A stretch of 64,000 nt of DNA from Ignavibacteriota bacterium (GTDB lineage: Bacteria; Bacteroidota; Ignavibacteria; UBA10030; UBA6906), in the NCBI GenBank assembly GCA_963801355.1, contig CAWDEM010000008.1, forward strand, positions 2,592,001 through 2,656,000. Direction: 5' to 3'. Under the pieces are notes generated by a model that worked only from the letters and a program-made list of their open reading frames with translations, was not told the origin of the DNA and searched no databases. Shown in pieces: positions 39,641-48,877 of the stretch. Every line of letters begins with the position of its first letter. Position 1 is the first letter of the stretch. A program made the position numbers and the translations under genes.

Positions 39641-39720
39641 GTATGAACGTGTATGAAAGTGTAATAAGGTGTATTAAGGGTTACTAAAGTGTATGAAAGT
39701 GTATTCAGGCGTATGAAGTT
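39641..39720. repeat. Eight degenerate 10-nt tandem repeats (consensus GTATGAAAGT) between ssnA and ygeY
   Basis: gtatgaacgt gtatgaaagt gtaataaggt gtattaaggg ttactaaagt gtatgaaagt gtattcaggc gtatgaagtt. Confidence 0.9.
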
Positions 39721-39737
39721 GAACTGGTCGAGATCGC

Positions 39738-41081
39738 TCAGGTTAACTGTGTGAACCGGTCCCAGACGCGACGGGCGGATTCCCGTGCGTGGGCCATAAC
39801 TTCCTCTTCATCGATATCCATCATGAGTGCACCGTCTTTCATCAGTATTTCTCCACCGACAATGGTCGTCACGACTCGTCCTCCCATCATGCCGAAGACG
39901 AGGTGACCCGGCAACGATTCATCCGTCAAAGGCGTTGGCGGAGCATACTCAACAATTGCGATGTCTGCCAGAGCCCCTTCCCGGAGTGTGCCGAGATCCA
40001 TACCCCAGAGGCGGCTGACAATAGCGGGATTCCCCGACCAGAGAGCTGAAGTCAGTTCCGGAAATCCCACGGAAGGGTTGCCCTGTTTGTGCCGCTGCGA
40101 CCATATCCCGGCACGGAGTTCTTCGCGCATGTCGGCCGTCATCGCGTCAGTGCCGAGGCCGACCGTAATGCCCTGCTTCTGGCATGCTCCGACATCGGCG
40201 ATGCCGACGGCATTGTTGAGATTGGACTGTGGATTGTGCACCACCATCGTACCGGTGGAAGCAAGCAGGTCGCGTTCGGCATCGGACAGATGCACGCAGT
40301 GTGCGGCCACGCTCCCGGTGCCGAGCAGCCCGAACCGGTGAAGGCGTTCCACCACCCGGACACCGTGACGCTCACGCGTGATGCGCTGGTCGGCTTCTGA
40401 CTCCGCGACGTGCATGTGCACACCGCTCTGCGTCTCCTTCGCGGTGGCACCCGCAGCCTCGAGGGTCGATCCGGAAAGCGTGAAGGAAGCATGCAGGCCG
40501 AATAACCCGCGAACGCGATCGTGCGGCGTCTCCCGGCAGCGGCGCAGAAAGTCGCGGTTCTCCTCGATCCCTTGCCGCGCGGCTTCAATGCCGTCGCGGT
40601 CGGATACTTCGTAGCAGAGGCATGCACGCAGTCCCGTCGACAGAACCGCACGGCTGATGATCTCCAGCGAGCCACGAATCGCACAGGGGCTGGCATGATG
40701 GTCAATCAGCGTCGTTGTGCCGCTGCGGATCGCTGCAAGCAATGCAGGAAGCGCACTGTGATAACAGTCCTCAAGCGTCAAAGACTTGTCCAGCCGCCAC
40801 CAGAGGTTCTGGAGAATTCCCAGGAAATCCGCGGCAGGCCCCGCGGGCGTCAGGCCGCAGGCAAATGTGCTGTACAGATGTGTATGAGCGTTGATGAATC
40901 CCGGCAGGACGAGTTTTCCGGCAAGATCCATCGTGGGCACACCGTTCGCCGGAAACGAGAGGCGGGGCGCGATTCTGGCGATGCGCCCATCCTGTATGAG
41001 CAGGGCGTGCTCCGTGAGAACACGCGGCGGCTTGGCGGGATCGGCCAGGAGGCCGTTCACCAGAAGAAGTGATGATGGCAT
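39738..41081 (-). CDS. ssnA: Aminohydrolase SsnA
   Basis: NAHTHLYS, LWWRLD, IDHHASP, YEVSDRDG, GLHASFT, HVAE, HNPQSN, GTD; start MPSSLL. Confidence 0.9.
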   Translation of the reverse strand: MPSSLLLVNGLLADPAKPPRVLTEHALLIQDGRIARIAPRLSFPANGVPTMDLAGKLVLPGFINAHTHLYSTFACGLTPAGPAADFLGILQNLWWRLDKSLTLEDCYHSALPALLAAIRSGTTTLIDHHASPCAIRGSLEIISRAVLSTGLRACLCYEVSDRDGIEAARQGIEENRDFLRRCRETPHDRVRGLFGLHASFTLSGSTLEAAGATAKETQSGVHMHVAESEADQRITRERHGVRVVERLHRFGLLGTGSVAAHCVHLSDAERDLLASTGTMVVHNPQSNLNNAVGIADVGACQKQGITVGLGTDAMTADMREELRAGIWSQRHKQGNPSVGFPELTSALWSGNPAIVSRLWGMDLGTLREGALADIAIVEYAPPTPLTDESLPGHLVFGMMGGRVVTTIVGGEILMKDGALMMDIDEEEVMAHARESARRVWDRFTQLT

Positions 41082-41083
41082 GG

Positions 41084-43582
41084 TTAGATTTCCTGCATCA
41101 TCGCGCGTTCGGCGGCGGTGCGCTGGCGCATGTGCAACGCGCCGGTAAAACACTTTTGTACACAGAGGGAACACCCGACACACTCTGCCGGATCGATCAC
41201 CGGATACCGTCGCGTATCCATCGTTATCGCAAGATACGGACAGCGTGCACAATTGCCACATTGTGTACAGAGAGATTCAACCAGCTCTGGGACAGTCGTC
41301 GAAACCGGAAGATCATCGAAAGCCGTGATCGGCTCCGGCAACGCCGAACCGATCAGCGCGGCGACGGATGCCATGCCGCGGTCGGCGAGCAGGTAGCTCA
41401 GCCCGGAATGCAACTCTTCGACAATCCTCAATCCGTATTTCATCACGACAGTGCAGAACTGTACGGTGGAAGCACCAAGGGCGAGAAAGTTGGCCGCCGC
41501 CCGGTAGTCCATCGGACCACCATTTCCCGAAATGGTTACCCCCAGGCCCGCGGCCCTGGCCAGCGTGAGATTGCTGATGGGAAGCACCCCTTCGCCGGAC
41601 ATCCCCATGATAATGCCCTCGTCCCAGCGCCTGGCGGGGGATCTCCGGAAGGCCAGTGTCGGGAAGCTGTTGGCAAGTGTCACCCCGGCCTTCTTGTGCG
41701 GATAGCGTTGCAATACATCCCTCACCTGGATCATGATCGATCGGATGGACGTGACGGCGCCGGTGAGTTTGAAGAGCTTGGGAACGGCGGGATCCCCTGC
41801 CTCCATCACCCAATCGACGATCTTCGCCGTCAGCCCGGCATCCTGCGACACCAGATCACCCCGGGTGCCATCGCCGCCTTGCGGGCAGGAAAGACTATAC
41901 TCGATACCCATCGCACCGGCGTCTTCCAGCAAGCGCGTATTTGCCTGCCACACCGCACGATCGGCCGGGTCATCACCGGTCACCGGCCCACCCGTAGATG
42001 CCATCGTGAGCCGGTCGGGATACTCGCGCACGAGCCGGCCGACTTCGCCGGCAACGCGACGGAGGTCGTGGGCCGATACATTGTCACAGTTGCCGTACGT
42101 GGAAGCGCCGTACACCACCATGTACTCGCCCGGAATATGTACAGGCACACCGGCAAACGCGGTTTTCATGATGCCGCCGGACCACCCTGCATCATAGGCC
42201 TTCTTCATCTGTGCGTACCCATCGGTATGCGGTGCGGCCGAAAGGAGGAACGGAGTCTGGAGAGTACGGCCGAAGAAGTCGCACGTCAGCGGCACGGGCA
42301 GCAGGGTTTGTCCTGCCAGCATCACACGGCTTTTCACGAAGCGCTCCCGTGCCGGCCGCGTGCCGCCGTTCAGGTACGCATCAATTTCGGCGGCCGCATT
42401 CTTGCCGGATGCCACCGCCTCCACCACGGTCGCCGCCCCGTGCACCATATCGCCCGCAAAGAATACCCCTTTCCGCTTGCGCGGCACGATGCTCGACCTG
42501 CTGCCGATCGCAGCAACGACCAGATCACATGCGCGGAACGCCGGCTTCTCCGTGCGGTGCGGCACAAAATTGCGCGGATCAGGTTTCTTTCCCCTTCCAA
42601 GGTACTGTCTGACCGTCATCACTCCCCGTACCCGGCCCTTTGCACTGACAATTTCCGTCACCCGGGTACACGGAGTGACGTCTACGCCATGTTCAAGCAG
42701 GAGTGTCCGTTCATACGCGGTGAGCGGCATATGCTCCGCTTTGCGCCGGTAGATGATTTCCACGTGTGCGGCACCGCAGCGTGCCGCAGTCGTGGCGCAA
42801 TCAACTGCAATCGCCCCACCACCGATGATCATCACACGCTTATTCTTCAGAGGGATTCTTGTGTGATCTTCGAGATACTTCTGCCATGGGACCGCGTGCA
42901 GTCCACCCGGCATGTCCGGCGCAACCGGTGTATCCTGCCCGATCGTCACGAGGACAGCCGCATATTCCCCGCTCCTGATGAGCACATTCGGCGAGAATAT
43001 CGCCGTCTCCGGAATCAGATGAATATCACCGAGGCCGAGAACAAAATCGATGTCGCGTGTGAGAACCTTCCGATCGAGTCGCCATCCTGGAATGAGATGG
43101 CACATTCCTCCCGCCCGCGTGCTCAGATCGAAAATATCAACGGTATACCCGAGCTGCCCGAGAACCGCGGCCCCACCCAAACCGGCAGGCCCTCCGCCAA
43201 CCACAGCAATTTTTATCCCATTGCCGGACCGCACGGGAAAATCGGGCATCCCCGCGCCAAAGGCTTTTTCGATGATTGTGGATTGGACGGCCGGGATGTT
43301 CACCGCATGGTCAAACGTACGGCGAACGCATGCCCGCATACAGAGGTAGTCTGGGCACAATGCACCGCATGTACCACCGAGGGGATTGCTGCCCATGATG
43401 ATGGCAGCAGCACGGCGAAAATCGGAGGGTGCTCCGACACGGCTCGCCATGATGAAATCAGCCGGGGAGCAATCAGCTGGGCATGCTTCCTTGCATGGCT
43501 TTTCCTCACACGACTCACAGCGCTGCAGTTCGTCGCGAAGTTGGGCGTCTGTCAACATCCCCGTCGGCCTCTTGTGCCCCAT
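41084..43582 (-). CDS. Single-chain dihydropyrimidine dehydrogenase-like flavoprotein (PreT-PreA fusion)
   Basis: GltD/PreT-like N-half (RCESCEEKPC..CP, GGGPAG, GGGAIA); PreA-like barrel (AGWSG..KT, LSCP, KLT, GNGG); C-terminal 2x4Fe-4S. Confidence 0.88.
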   Translation of the reverse strand: MGHKRPTGMLTDAQLRDELQRCESCEEKPCKEACPADCSPADFIMASRVGAPSDFRRAAAIIMGSNPLGGTCGALCPDYLCMRACVRRTFDHAVNIPAVQSTIIEKAFGAGMPDFPVRSGNGIKIAVVGGGPAGLGGAAVLGQLGYTVDIFDLSTRAGGMCHLIPGWRLDRKVLTRDIDFVLGLGDIHLIPETAIFSPNVLIRSGEYAAVLVTIGQDTPVAPDMPGGLHAVPWQKYLEDHTRIPLKNKRVMIIGGGAIAVDCATTAARCGAAHVEIIYRRKAEHMPLTAYERTLLLEHGVDVTPCTRVTEIVSAKGRVRGVMTVRQYLGRGKKPDPRNFVPHRTEKPAFRACDLVVAAIGSRSSIVPRKRKGVFFAGDMVHGAATVVEAVASGKNAAAEIDAYLNGGTRPARERFVKSRVMLAGQTLLPVPLTCDFFGRTLQTPFLLSAAPHTDGYAQMKKAYDAGWSGGIMKTAFAGVPVHIPGEYMVVYGASTYGNCDNVSAHDLRRVAGEVGRLVREYPDRLTMASTGGPVTGDDPADRAVWQANTRLLEDAGAMGIEYSLSCPQGGDGTRGDLVSQDAGLTAKIVDWVMEAGDPAVPKLFKLTGAVTSIRSIMIQVRDVLQRYPHKKAGVTLANSFPTLAFRRSPARRWDEGIIMGMSGEGVLPISNLTLARAAGLGVTISGNGGPMDYRAAANFLALGASTVQFCTVVMKYGLRIVEELHSGLSYLLADRGMASVAALIGSALPEPITAFDDLPVSTTVPELVESLCTQCGNCARCPYLAITMDTRRYPVIDPAECVGCSLCVQKCFTGALHMRQRTAAERAMMQEI

Positions 43583-43598
43583 AGCAGTACCCGGTAGT

Positions 43599-43638
43599 GT
43601 ATGCTGTAAAACATACCATTTGCGTACTGCAGAATCAA
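43599..43638 (-). promoter_or_regulatory. Putative promoter of the purine-catabolism cluster with an overlapping inverted repeat
   Basis: TTGATT-17nt-TATGTT; GTATG-N8-CATAC at 43599-43616. Confidence 0.5.
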
Positions 43639-43732
43639 TAGAGTTGCACGCACACCCCGGCCCGCACATACCGCAACGGCACTTGCTTGGCGGAAAAAAG
43701 TTGCGTAGAGTGGATGCAACCTCCCGGAGGCG

Positions 43733-46201
43733 TTGCACAAGTTGAGTTCACCGTATCCGACACTCCCCATCGATGCCGCGGTTCCGGACATACTCCGCAC
43801 GCTGACGGAGGCTCCCGTCACCATACTCACCGCCGCACCGGGAGCCGGGAAGACCACGCGAGTCCCACTGGTTCTGCTGCAACATGCCCTCGCGGCTCAG
43901 CGACAGATTCTGATGCTCGAACCACGCCGTCTTGCCGCACAGCGGGCCGCCGGATACATGGCTTCGCTGCTCGATGAAGAGCCCGGGAAAACCATCGGAT
44001 ACCGCATCCGGGGAACAACCGTTGTCTCCGGGTCAACGCGCGTGGAAGTGTTGACCGAGGGAATTCTGACCCGGATGCTGCAAGACATGCCAGATCTGCC
44101 CCGCATCGGGATTCTGATCTTTGACGAATTCCATGAGCGAAGTATCCATGCGGATATCGGCCTTGCCCTGGCGCTGGATGTACAGGCACATCTCCGGCCG
44201 GATCTCCGTATCCTGATCATGTCCGCAACACTCGACGGCGCCGGAGTGCATCGCGTTCTGCCTGATGCACCGCGTATCGATATTCCGGGTAGGCAGTATC
44301 CGGTCGAGACCGTGTACTCCGCTTTCACCCCGGAGGGCCCGCTGGAGAAGACGGTCTCCCGTTCCGTTGTGAGAGCGCTGGCGGAAACGGAAGGAGACAT
44401 ACTGGTATTTCTTCCCGGCCGGCGGGAGCTTCGACGCACCCGCGAAATGCTGCTCGATACAAAACTCCCTCCAGACGTGCATGTCCATCTCCTGCACGGC
44501 GACGCAGATCCAGCCGCGCAACGCGCAGCCCTGGCGGTGCCGCGTCCGGGCGAGCGGAAGGTTATCCTCGCGACGAGCGTCGCAGAAACCAGCGTCACGA
44601 TCGACGGCGTCCGCGTGGTGATTGATGCCGGGCTGGCACGGGTGCCGCGATTTGACCCGCGAAGGGGCATGAGCGGCCTCGAGACCGTCCCGGTATCCGT
44701 GGCAACCGCGGATCAACGCCGCGGGCGCGCGGGGAGACAGGCAGCAGGGGTATGCTACCGTCTGTGGACGGAAGCCGATCATCGCAAGTTGCAGCCGCAG
44801 CCTGTGCCTGAGATCCTTTCGGCCGATCTTGCACCGCTGGCCCTCGACCTGGCGCGGTGGGGTTCACCGGATGCCGCCGGATTGCGGATGATTGATGCGC
44901 CTCCCCCGCATCATCTTACCCAGGCACAGGACCTCCTCCAGTCCCTGGGCGCACTCGACAGTGACGGACGCCCTACTCCGCACGGTCGTGCAATGGCTGA
45001 TCTTCCTCTTCACCCGCGACTCTCGCACATGGTGCTTCGCGCGCTGGATTTCGATCTCGGATCCGATGCTTGCAATGTTGCAGCGCTTCTTGACGGCCCC
45101 TATCTCTCCTCCGGCGTTGACATCGATCTTACGACGATCATCCATGCGCTCCAGGATCAACACACGGTTGAACGGGAGGCCCGGTTGCATATCCGTTCGG
45201 AAGCCGCGCGACTCCGGCGGCTCCTGGGAATCCCGGATGCACCGGCTATCGATCAATCACACGGACTCCTCCTCGCACTGGCGTATCCCGACCGCATCGC
45301 CCGGCGCCGCAGCGAGAGCAGCAACCGCTATCTGCTTGCCAACGGGACGGGTGTAATACTTCCCGGATGGAGCCTTCTGTCGCGATCGGAATTCCTTGCT
45401 GTCGGCGAAGTCGACAATGCCGGCGTCGATGCAAAGATTTTGCTGGCAGCTCCGCTGGGCATCGGCGATATTCGACGGATGGCAGAACACCAGATGGAAA
45501 CCCTGGATGAAATCCGCTGGGATTCCCGTGCGGGGGCGGTCGTCGCACGGCGGGTACTCCGGCTGGGTGCCATCGTTCTGGAAGAACAACCGTCCTCGCC
45601 CGATGGGGAGGGCGTTGTCCGGGCGATGATCGATGGCATCCGGAATCTCGGCCTCGATGCCCTCCCGTGGAACCCTGCCTCTGTGTCGCTGCGCTCCCGG
45701 AGCGAATGGGTGCGGATCAATGGTCTCGTGAAAGATGGGTGGCCGGATTTGAGTGCCGCCGCGCTCGAGAGTTCGATCGCACACTGGCTCGGCCCCTTCC
45801 TCTCCGGCATGACCCGCAAGGAGCATCTGTCGACACTGGACCTCCACCGGATACTGAGCTCGCTGTTCTCTCATCCCCAACGAGTCCTCCTGGAAAGGCT
45901 CGCTCCTGCTTCGCTGAGCACACCCTCAGGAAGAAGAGTAGTGCTCCTGTATGGCAACGAGCGTCAGCCCGTCATGCGTGCACGACTCCAGGAAATGTTC
46001 GGGCAGACAGAAAGCCCGACTGTCGGAGCAGGAAGCATTCCTGTTGTCATGCACCTTCTTTCACCAGCCGGCCGGCCGCTGGCTGTGACATCGGACCTCA
46101 GGAGCTTCTGGGCAAACGCATACACGGACGTCAGGAAACAGATGCGTGGCCGCTACCCGAAGCACCGGTGGCCGGAGGACCCTTTGCGTGCAACCCCGTG
46201 A
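43733..46201 (+). CDS. hrpB: ATP-dependent RNA helicase HrpB
   Basis: APGAGKTT, EPRRLAA, DEFHERS, MSAT, QRRGRAGR, RLQEMFG, LLSPAGRP, GRYPKH.WP. Confidence 0.95.
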   Translation: MHKLSSPYPTLPIDAAVPDILRTLTEAPVTILTAAPGAGKTTRVPLVLLQHALAAQRQILMLEPRRLAAQRAAGYMASLLDEEPGKTIGYRIRGTTVVSGSTRVEVLTEGILTRMLQDMPDLPRIGILIFDEFHERSIHADIGLALALDVQAHLRPDLRILIMSATLDGAGVHRVLPDAPRIDIPGRQYPVETVYSAFTPEGPLEKTVSRSVVRALAETEGDILVFLPGRRELRRTREMLLDTKLPPDVHVHLLHGDADPAAQRAALAVPRPGERKVILATSVAETSVTIDGVRVVIDAGLARVPRFDPRRGMSGLETVPVSVATADQRRGRAGRQAAGVCYRLWTEADHRKLQPQPVPEILSADLAPLALDLARWGSPDAAGLRMIDAPPPHHLTQAQDLLQSLGALDSDGRPTPHGRAMADLPLHPRLSHMVLRALDFDLGSDACNVAALLDGPYLSSGVDIDLTTIIHALQDQHTVEREARLHIRSEAARLRRLLGIPDAPAIDQSHGLLLALAYPDRIARRRSESSNRYLLANGTGVILPGWSLLSRSEFLAVGEVDNAGVDAKILLAAPLGIGDIRRMAEHQMETLDEIRWDSRAGAVVARRVLRLGAIVLEEQPSSPDGEGVVRAMIDGIRNLGLDALPWNPASVSLRSRSEWVRINGLVKDGWPDLSAAALESSIAHWLGPFLSGMTRKEHLSTLDLHRILSSLFSHPQRVLLERLAPASLSTPSGRRVVLLYGNERQPVMRARLQEMFGQTESPTVGAGSIPVVMHLLSPAGRPLAVTSDLRSFWANAYTDVRKQMRGRYPKHRWPEDPLRATP

Positions 46202-46222
46202 ATTCACCATGGCGGAGGAATT

Positions 46223-48877
46223 ATGAACATCCAATCGGTTGTGTACCGCACCCTGCTCTGCGGCTGTGCTCTCGTGCTGAGCCTCCATACCCACTGTGCG
46301 GCGCAAGTCGTCACCGACAGGCCCCGGTATCTCAATCCCGGTGCCCCTCTTGAGGACCGTGTCACCGATCTCCTCACACGCATGACTCTCGAAGAAAAAG
46401 TCGCCCAGCTCCAGTGCACGTTCCGGAAGATTGAATGGGGAAAGAATCTTACGATCAACGGACTCGGCGGTGTCGGACCCGTTCTGCGGACATTGCTTCC
46501 TGTGGATGCTGCACTCCAGGGCAACCAGATCCAGAAGCTGGCACTTGACAGCACCCGTTTGCACATCCCAGTCCTCTTCCACGACGAAGCACTCCACGGG
46601 CTCGTTGCAAACAGAGCGACCAGCTTCCCCCAGGCGATCGGTCTTGCAGCGGCATGGGATCCGGCGCTCATCGACGCGATCGGCGGAGTGATCGGAAAGG
46701 AGACACGAAGTCGTGGTATTCGCCAGGTGCTGTCACCAACCATCAACATTGCGCGCGACGTGCGATGGGGTCGCGTGGGAGAGACCTATGGCGAAGATCC
46801 GTACCTGCAGTCACAGATTGCTGCCGCGTTCTGCCGGAGCATAGAACGCGAAGGAGTAATCACCACGCCAAAGCACTTCATCGCGAATTATGGTGACGGA
46901 GGGCGGGACAGCTATCCTGTCAGCCTCTCAGAGCGTGAGCTGCGTGAAGTCTATTTCCCTCCGTTCAAAGCCTGTTTCCACGAGGGCGGGGCCGGTTCGG
47001 TCATGGCATCGTATAACTCCATGAACGGAGTCCCCTGCTCTGCAGATCCCTGGCTGCTCACGGACCTGCTCCGCACGGAGTGGGGCTTCTCCGGTTTTGT
47101 GGTCTCCGACTACGGCTCCGTTGGGGGAATCAAGGGGATGCATTCCGTCGCTGCGACCGAGCGCGAAACGGCTTCTCTGGCGTTGCGCGCCGGACTCGAT
47201 ATGGAGCTGCCGGAAATCTATTACTACGGCGCGCCACTGCTGGAAGAGGCCCGGGCGAACCCGGACCTGGTCCGGGCGGTTGATGCCGCCGCGCGCAACA
47301 TCCTTCGCGCCAAATTCCGTCTCGGTCTCTTCGAAAAGCCGTATGTTGATCCGGCTCTGGCCGAGGCGGCGAATGACAAGACAGAGAGCAGGGCATTGGC
47401 CCGCCAGGCAGCCCGTGAGGCCCTGGTTCTCCTGCGGAATGAGCGCAAGACGCTCCCCCTCCAGCTGCCCCTCAAGTCCATCGCTGTCATCGGACCGTGT
47501 GCCGACTCCGCGTTGTTGGGAGACTACAGCGGATTCGGGATGAAGGTCGTTACCCTCCTCCAGGGAATCAGGAACGCAGTCCCGGCAAGTACAACAGTGT
47601 CATATGAAAAGGGGTGTGAAGTCGGGTTCGCCTCACTCCCACCCGTTCCGGCCGTCTTCCTGAAGCCGCCGGGGGCACGACAGGGCGACCACGGACTGAA
47701 GGGGGAGTACTTTGACAACCTGTCCTTCTCAGGCAAACCCGTCCTGGTGCGCAATGATCCTGTGATCAATTTCACATGGGCGACGGGATCTCCGGATTCC
47801 GTGATTCCCGACGATCGCTTCTCCGTCAGATGGACCGGCACGATCACTCCTGCCGTCACAGGAACTTACCGTCTTGGGGCAAGCACGGACGACGGAGTGC
47901 GGCTCTGGCTCGACGGAAAGCTCCTGATCGAAAGCTGGTTCGATCGCGGCGCGACTCTCGATGCAGTGACGTTAACCCTCGAAGGGGGACGGGAGTACGA
48001 CGTGCGAATGGAGTATTACGAAAACACGGGGTGGAGCTATGCCGCCCTCGTCTGGCAACCCGTTGCTGACGCCGAACCTCTCCTGGAGGGGGCAGTGAAA
48101 GCGGCGAGGGGCGCCGACGTGGCTCTGATCGCTGTGGGGATTGCGGAAGGCGAAGGTCGTGACCGCGCGCACCTTGAGCTGCCCGGAACCCAGGAGCAAC
48201 TCATCAAAGCGGTTGCAGCAACGGGCACACCGACTGTGGTCGTCCTGTACAACGGCAGCGCGGTCACCATGAGCAACTGGATCGACAACGCTGCGGCAGT
48301 CCTGGAAGCCTGGTATCCGGGAGAGGAAGGCGGCAATGCCATCGCCGATGTTCTCTTCGGCGCATTCTCGCCGGGCGGGAAGCTTCCGATCACGTTCCCG
48401 CAATTCGTGGGACAGGTGCCGCTCTATTATAACCACCTGCCGACCGGGCGCGGGAACGACTACTGCGACATAAGCGGTGATCCTCTCTATCCTTTCGGCT
48501 ATGGCCTGAGCTACACCACGTTTGACTACAGCGATCTGCGTATCATCCCGCAAGCGATTCGACCGGACGGCAACGTGCGTGTGAGCATTGACGTCAGGAA
48601 TAGCGGGGCGCGCCCCGGAGACGAAGTGGTACAGCTCTACACACGCGATTCGGTCGCATCGGTGACCCGGCCCGTGATGGAGTTGAAAGGCTTCCGACGC
48701 ATCACACTCAAACCGGGCGAAAAGACCACCGTGGTGTTCCACCTTACGTCGAAGGAGCTTTCATTTCTCAACCGCCGGTTGAAGCCCGTTGTTGAACCCG
48801 GGAACATCGGCATCATGCTGGGAAGTTCATCAAAGGATATTCGGGCAAAAGGGGCACTGGAGGTGGTCCGACAATGA
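46223..48877 (+). CDS. Secreted GH3 beta-glycosidase with PA14 and Fn3-like domains
   Basis: MTLEEKV, EALHG, WGR..ETYGEDP, KHF, VVSDY nucleophile, PA14 insert, PFGYGLSYT. Confidence 0.93.
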   Translation: MNIQSVVYRTLLCGCALVLSLHTHCAAQVVTDRPRYLNPGAPLEDRVTDLLTRMTLEEKVAQLQCTFRKIEWGKNLTINGLGGVGPVLRTLLPVDAALQGNQIQKLALDSTRLHIPVLFHDEALHGLVANRATSFPQAIGLAAAWDPALIDAIGGVIGKETRSRGIRQVLSPTINIARDVRWGRVGETYGEDPYLQSQIAAAFCRSIEREGVITTPKHFIANYGDGGRDSYPVSLSERELREVYFPPFKACFHEGGAGSVMASYNSMNGVPCSADPWLLTDLLRTEWGFSGFVVSDYGSVGGIKGMHSVAATERETASLALRAGLDMELPEIYYYGAPLLEEARANPDLVRAVDAAARNILRAKFRLGLFEKPYVDPALAEAANDKTESRALARQAAREALVLLRNERKTLPLQLPLKSIAVIGPCADSALLGDYSGFGMKVVTLLQGIRNAVPASTTVSYEKGCEVGFASLPPVPAVFLKPPGARQGDHGLKGEYFDNLSFSGKPVLVRNDPVINFTWATGSPDSVIPDDRFSVRWTGTITPAVTGTYRLGASTDDGVRLWLDGKLLIESWFDRGATLDAVTLTLEGGREYDVRMEYYENTGWSYAALVWQPVADAEPLLEGAVKAARGADVALIAVGIAEGEGRDRAHLELPGTQEQLIKAVAATGTPTVVVLYNGSAVTMSNWIDNAAAVLEAWYPGEEGGNAIADVLFGAFSPGGKLPITFPQFVGQVPLYYNHLPTGRGNDYCDISGDPLYPFGYGLSYTTFDYSDLRIIPQAIRPDGNVRVSIDVRNSGARPGDEVVQLYTRDSVASVTRPVMELKGFRRITLKPGEKTTVVFHLTSKELSFLNRRLKPVVEPGNIGIMLGSSSKDIRAKGALEVVRQ

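Noticed and set aside
28988-43582. Selenocysteine (UGA) recoding in the Mo-hydroxylase cluster
   Set aside because: All genes read as full-length ORFs with no in-frame UGA that needs recoding.
41069-43597. 842-aa plus-strand ORF
   Set aside because: Antisense shadow of the PreT-PreA fusion; no recognisable motifs and R/H-rich composition typical of GC-rich reverse frames.
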